DNA from: Minisyncoccota bacterium
GTDB taxonomy: Bacteria; Patescibacteriota; Minisyncoccia; Phycocordibacterales; UBA2100
Direction: 5' to 3'
Length of the DNA stretch: 64,000 nt
NCBI GenBank assembly: GCA_035708165.1
Contig: DASSSZ010000001.1
Location: 230,884-294,883 of the forward strand
Part shown: positions 61,668 to 64,000 of the stretch, one piece after another
Layout: each line of letters begins with the position of its first letter
How positions within the stretch are numbered: position 1 is the first letter of the stretch
Position numbers and translations under genes: made by a program
Notes under the pieces: model-generated
The model's input: the letters and a program-made list of their open reading frames with translations, nothing else
Told to the model about the DNA's origin: nothing
Databases searched by the model: none

Positions 61668-64000
61668 AGGTGGCTGAGGTCGGGGTCGAGGTCGAAGCCG
61701 GAGTTTCTGTCGTGGGCACGGTTGCAGTTGCAGTTGTCGTTGTCGTTGCGGTCGAGCTTGCCGGGTCGAACATATCTTCAGGCGAGGGTGACGAACTGCC
61801 ATCCGGGGTCGAGCTCGCATCCCCTGCCTTCGGCGTCGCGGGCGCCGTGCGTGCGGTATCGCTCTCTGGCGTGCTCGTGGCGTTCCCGCCGATACCACCG
61901 CTCGTCGCGCTCGTCGAAGTCGCGGCGCTGCCCTCCCCTGCCCCCTGCTCATCCTCCTCGGTGCTCGTCGCTGCGGTCGAGCTCGCGTCCCCCACGATCA
62001 CGGTGCGCGTCGCGGTCGTCGTGTTGCCGTCCTGGTCGGTCGCGCTGTAGAGGATCGTGTGCGTGCCCGGCGCCGAGGTGTCGAGCGAGATCAAGCCCGG
62101 CGTCGTGGTCGCGCCTCCGTCAACAGACGCGCTGATGCCGAGATTCATGTTCGTGCCGTCGACGACCGTCTCGCCCACGTCGTTGTACGCCGCACCCACC
62201 GCGATGTGCGCCGGATTCGCGCCGAGGATGGTGATGACCGGCACCGTAGAGCTCGCGGTCTCCGCGGCCGGTGCGGCTGCCGCCTGGCTCGCCAAGACCG
62301 CGGCGAGCTGATCGCCCGTCACGCACACGTCCGTGCCATCGCTCTTCGTCACGCAGAGCTCCTTCGTGTGCACGCGGTTCGCGAAGAAGTCGCCGATGCC
62401 GTTGCCTGCCGACGCGAACCATTGCGCGAGCGCGAGCTTCATATCACCCGAGATCTGCACCATCTGCTGTACTTGCGCATTCAGCTCCTGCAGCGCCTGC
62501 AGCATGAGCCACTGCACATCGCCGTACTTCACTTCGTACATGCTGCTGCTCGCGTCGACCGTCACCAATTCCGGTGCGACCGTGAGTACCTGCTGCGCGA
62601 TCAGGCCGTGATAGGTGGTGGAGGTTGCCGTCTTGTAGGCGAAGGAATTGACCTGCAGCCCTGCGATCTGCGCAAGGGCGGTCGTCGAGCCTTGGTCGAA
62701 GGAGAGCGGCGTGATGTCGGTCTTCAGGCGCTCGTCGGAGGCGCAGGTGCCCAAGGTACCCGAGTTGTAGTAGATGCAGCCCCAGTTCAGGCCGGAGGCG
62801 CCGAGGTTGTAGCTCGACGCCGCACTCGGCGTGATGGAGCCGGCGATTTGAAGCTTCGATGCAGGTGATGTGACACCGATGCCGACGTTGCCGCCCTGCG
62901 ACCCGTTCAGGAGAAGCGAGCCCGAACCCTGTACCGCTACCTGATTCGCTGAGATCTGCAATGCGGATCCCGACGCACCGAAGCTCGCAGCCCACCCCGA
63001 TGATTGTGCCACGTGCAGTGGCGTTATCGGATCGGTCGTCCCGATCCCGACGAAGCCGTTGCTCAAGAGCCGCATGTTCTCGATGAACGAGGTGCCATTG
63101 TACGAATCGAATGCGAGGCCGCGATTCGTGCCGTCATTGATCGCGTTGATGCCGCCCGTCGAATTGGTGACGCCCGGATTGTTCGAGGTCGCACCGGAGA
63201 AGCGCAAGAGCGGCGTGGTGCGCTCGACCGAGAGATCGGTGTTATCGACGATCACTGCTGCAGGCTTCGTGTCGTCCGCGCTATTGAGCATCGTGTAATC
63301 GGTATCGCCCGAGGGGTTCAATGCAGGGCCCGTCATGATGCCTGCGCCGAAGCTGACCCGGTTGCTCCCGCCGATCGAGACCGCGGAATTGGTCACGGAG
63401 AAGATCGACGTGCCGTATTGGTCATAGACGCCGAGCAAGGTGCCGCCTGCACCGCCATTCGCTTGCGAGATGACGAGACCATTGCCTTGGTCGTTGCCGC
63501 CGATGCGCGCCTGCGCGGTCTCCGGTTTGTTGCCCGTCGTCCAGTTGTATGCCTGATCGCTACTTTCGATTGTGGTCGTCCCGGCGACGGTGAGAAGTGA
63601 GGAAGGTGTGGAGGTTCCGATGCCGACGTTGCCATTCGTCAGCATCTCAAGGATGGTGCCGACAGAGTTATCTATGCGCAGCGCTTCATGATAGTCATTG
63701 CTGTTAAGGAAACCGTAGAGACCGTTGCCGGATGAGTTGTTCTGATCGAAGCGCATCGCGTAGCCACTTGAAGCATTATTGCTGCTCACGTAGAGCGTCG
63801 CGCCAGTCGGGGCGGTGCCGATGCCGACGTTACCGGTCGATGCGAGGTAGAGCGTGCTGTTCGGCGTATTCGGCTCCAAGTAGAACGGATTCTTATCATG
63901 CGTCGCGTCGTAAAAGGTGAGGCCACCCGAGGTATCGTTCGAGAACGACCATGCTTGCGTATTATTACCATTCACCAGCTGGAAATTCGCCGATTGGCTG
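61654..64000 (-). CDS. tail-fibre-like surface protein with Peptidase_S74-like intramolecular chaperone domain, Ig-like domain and S/T/A-rich tail (N-terminus beyond window)
   Basis: Repeated NVGIGT.P...L.VAG beta-helix motifs. SDERLKTDITPL (S74 SDxRLK autoproteolysis motif), then coiled-coil VKYGDVQWLMLQALQELNAQVQQMVQ. Ig-like VITILGANPAHIAVGAAYNDVGETVVDGT..TRTVIV, then a low-complexity tail. The frame stays open to the window edge. Confidence 0.7.
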   Translation of the reverse strand, partial: SQSANFQLVNGNNTQAWSFSNDTSGGLTFYDATHDKNPFYLEPNTPNSTLYLASTGNVGIGTAPTGATLYVSSNNASSGYAMRFDQNNSSGNGLYGFLNSNDYHEALRIDNSVGTILEMLTNGNVGIGTSTPSSLLTVAGTTTIESSDQAYNWTTGNKPETAQARIGGNDQGNGLVISQANGGAGGTLLGVYDQYGTSIFSVTNSAVSIGGSNRVSFGAGIMTGPALNPSGDTDYTMLNSADDTKPAAVIVDNTDLSVERTTPLLRFSGATSNNPGVTNSTGGINAINDGTNRGLAFDSYNGTSFIENMRLLSNGFVGIGTTDPITPLHVAQSSGWAASFGASGSALQISANQVAVQGSGSLLLNGSQGGNVGIGVTSPASKLQIAGSITPSAASSYNLGASGLNWGCIYYNSGTLGTCASDERLKTDITPLSFDQGSTTALAQIAGLQVNSFAYKTATSTTYHGLIAQQVLTVAPELVTVDASSSMYEVKYGDVQWLMLQALQELNAQVQQMVQISGDMKLALAQWFASAGNGIGDFFANRVHTKELCVTKSDGTDVCVTGDQLAAVLASQAAAAPAAETASSTVPVITILGANPAHIAVGAAYNDVGETVVDGTNMNLGISASVDGGATTTPGLISLDTSAPGTHTILYSATDQDGNTTTATRTVIVGDASSTAATSTEEDEQGAGEGSAATSTSATSGGIGGNATSTPESDTARTAPATPKAGDASSTPDGSSSPSPEDMFDPASSTATTTTTATATVPTTETPASTSTPTSATSFRG

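Noticed and set aside
62059-62868. plus-strand ORFs within 61670..63600
   Set aside because: Antisense shadows of the tail-fibre-like gene.

Overview
This is a high-GC (roughly 65% by eye), gene-dense bacterial chromosomal window with most genes on the minus strand. The six-frame track contains many antisense shadow ORFs typical of high-GC DNA, and several true starts are internal or non-ATG (GTG/TTG). Coordinates for internal starts and for small RNA or regulatory elements were hand-indexed and may be off by 1-3 nt.

Core genes recognised from the translations:
- rpoC (truncated at the window start) and rpoB.
- trmD, a KH-domain protein and rpsP, with no rimM.
- RNase R.
- A short SMC with no apparent hinge.
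- RNase III.
- A NusB-NUDIX fusion.
- rpmF.
- RNase HII.
- dnaE.
- A Thr-type T-box leader followed by thrS.
- gyrB.
- pheS and pheT; the pheT B5 domain carries an inserted NlpC/P60-like domain.
- tRNA-Thr(UGU), flanked by partial tandem copies of itself.
- tsf and rpsB.
- prfA and rpmE.
- rplY.

There is a minimal sugar-phosphate set: class II fba, a PfkB-family kinase, a split transketolase with a DUF296 gene between the halves, rpe, rpiB, gap and a 2-hydroxyacid dehydrogenase.

An envelope/accessory block at 22.7-28.9 kb encodes a Y/S/T-repeat surface protein with four Ig-like repeats, two Cys-rich secreted proteins, a small protein under a consensus promoter, a sortase and a CARDB-domain protein. 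Elsewhere there are a processive GT2, an MltB-like coiled-coil protein, a SleB-like hydrolase, a C39-like peptidase and a lone type IV pilin.

The last ~11 kb (52.7-64 kb) is an accessory island bracketed by two divergent REP-associated tyrosine transposase (RAYT) paralogs. Each has its own palindromic REP family: GCGGAGGTTAAACCTCCGC and TTAGAGGTTTAGCCTCTAA. The island carries a duplicated module of glycine-rich secreted proteins with small membrane-anchored partners, an FN3/BNR beta-propeller repeat protein, a DUF2341/LamG giant surface protein, and a tail-fibre-like protein with a Peptidase-S74-like intramolecular chaperone motif. That last gene is truncated at the window end.

Gene content and the short versions of rpoB, dnaE, SMC, EF-Ts and PheS suggest a streamlined, possibly Patescibacteria/CPR-like genome. 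That lineage call is inference only.
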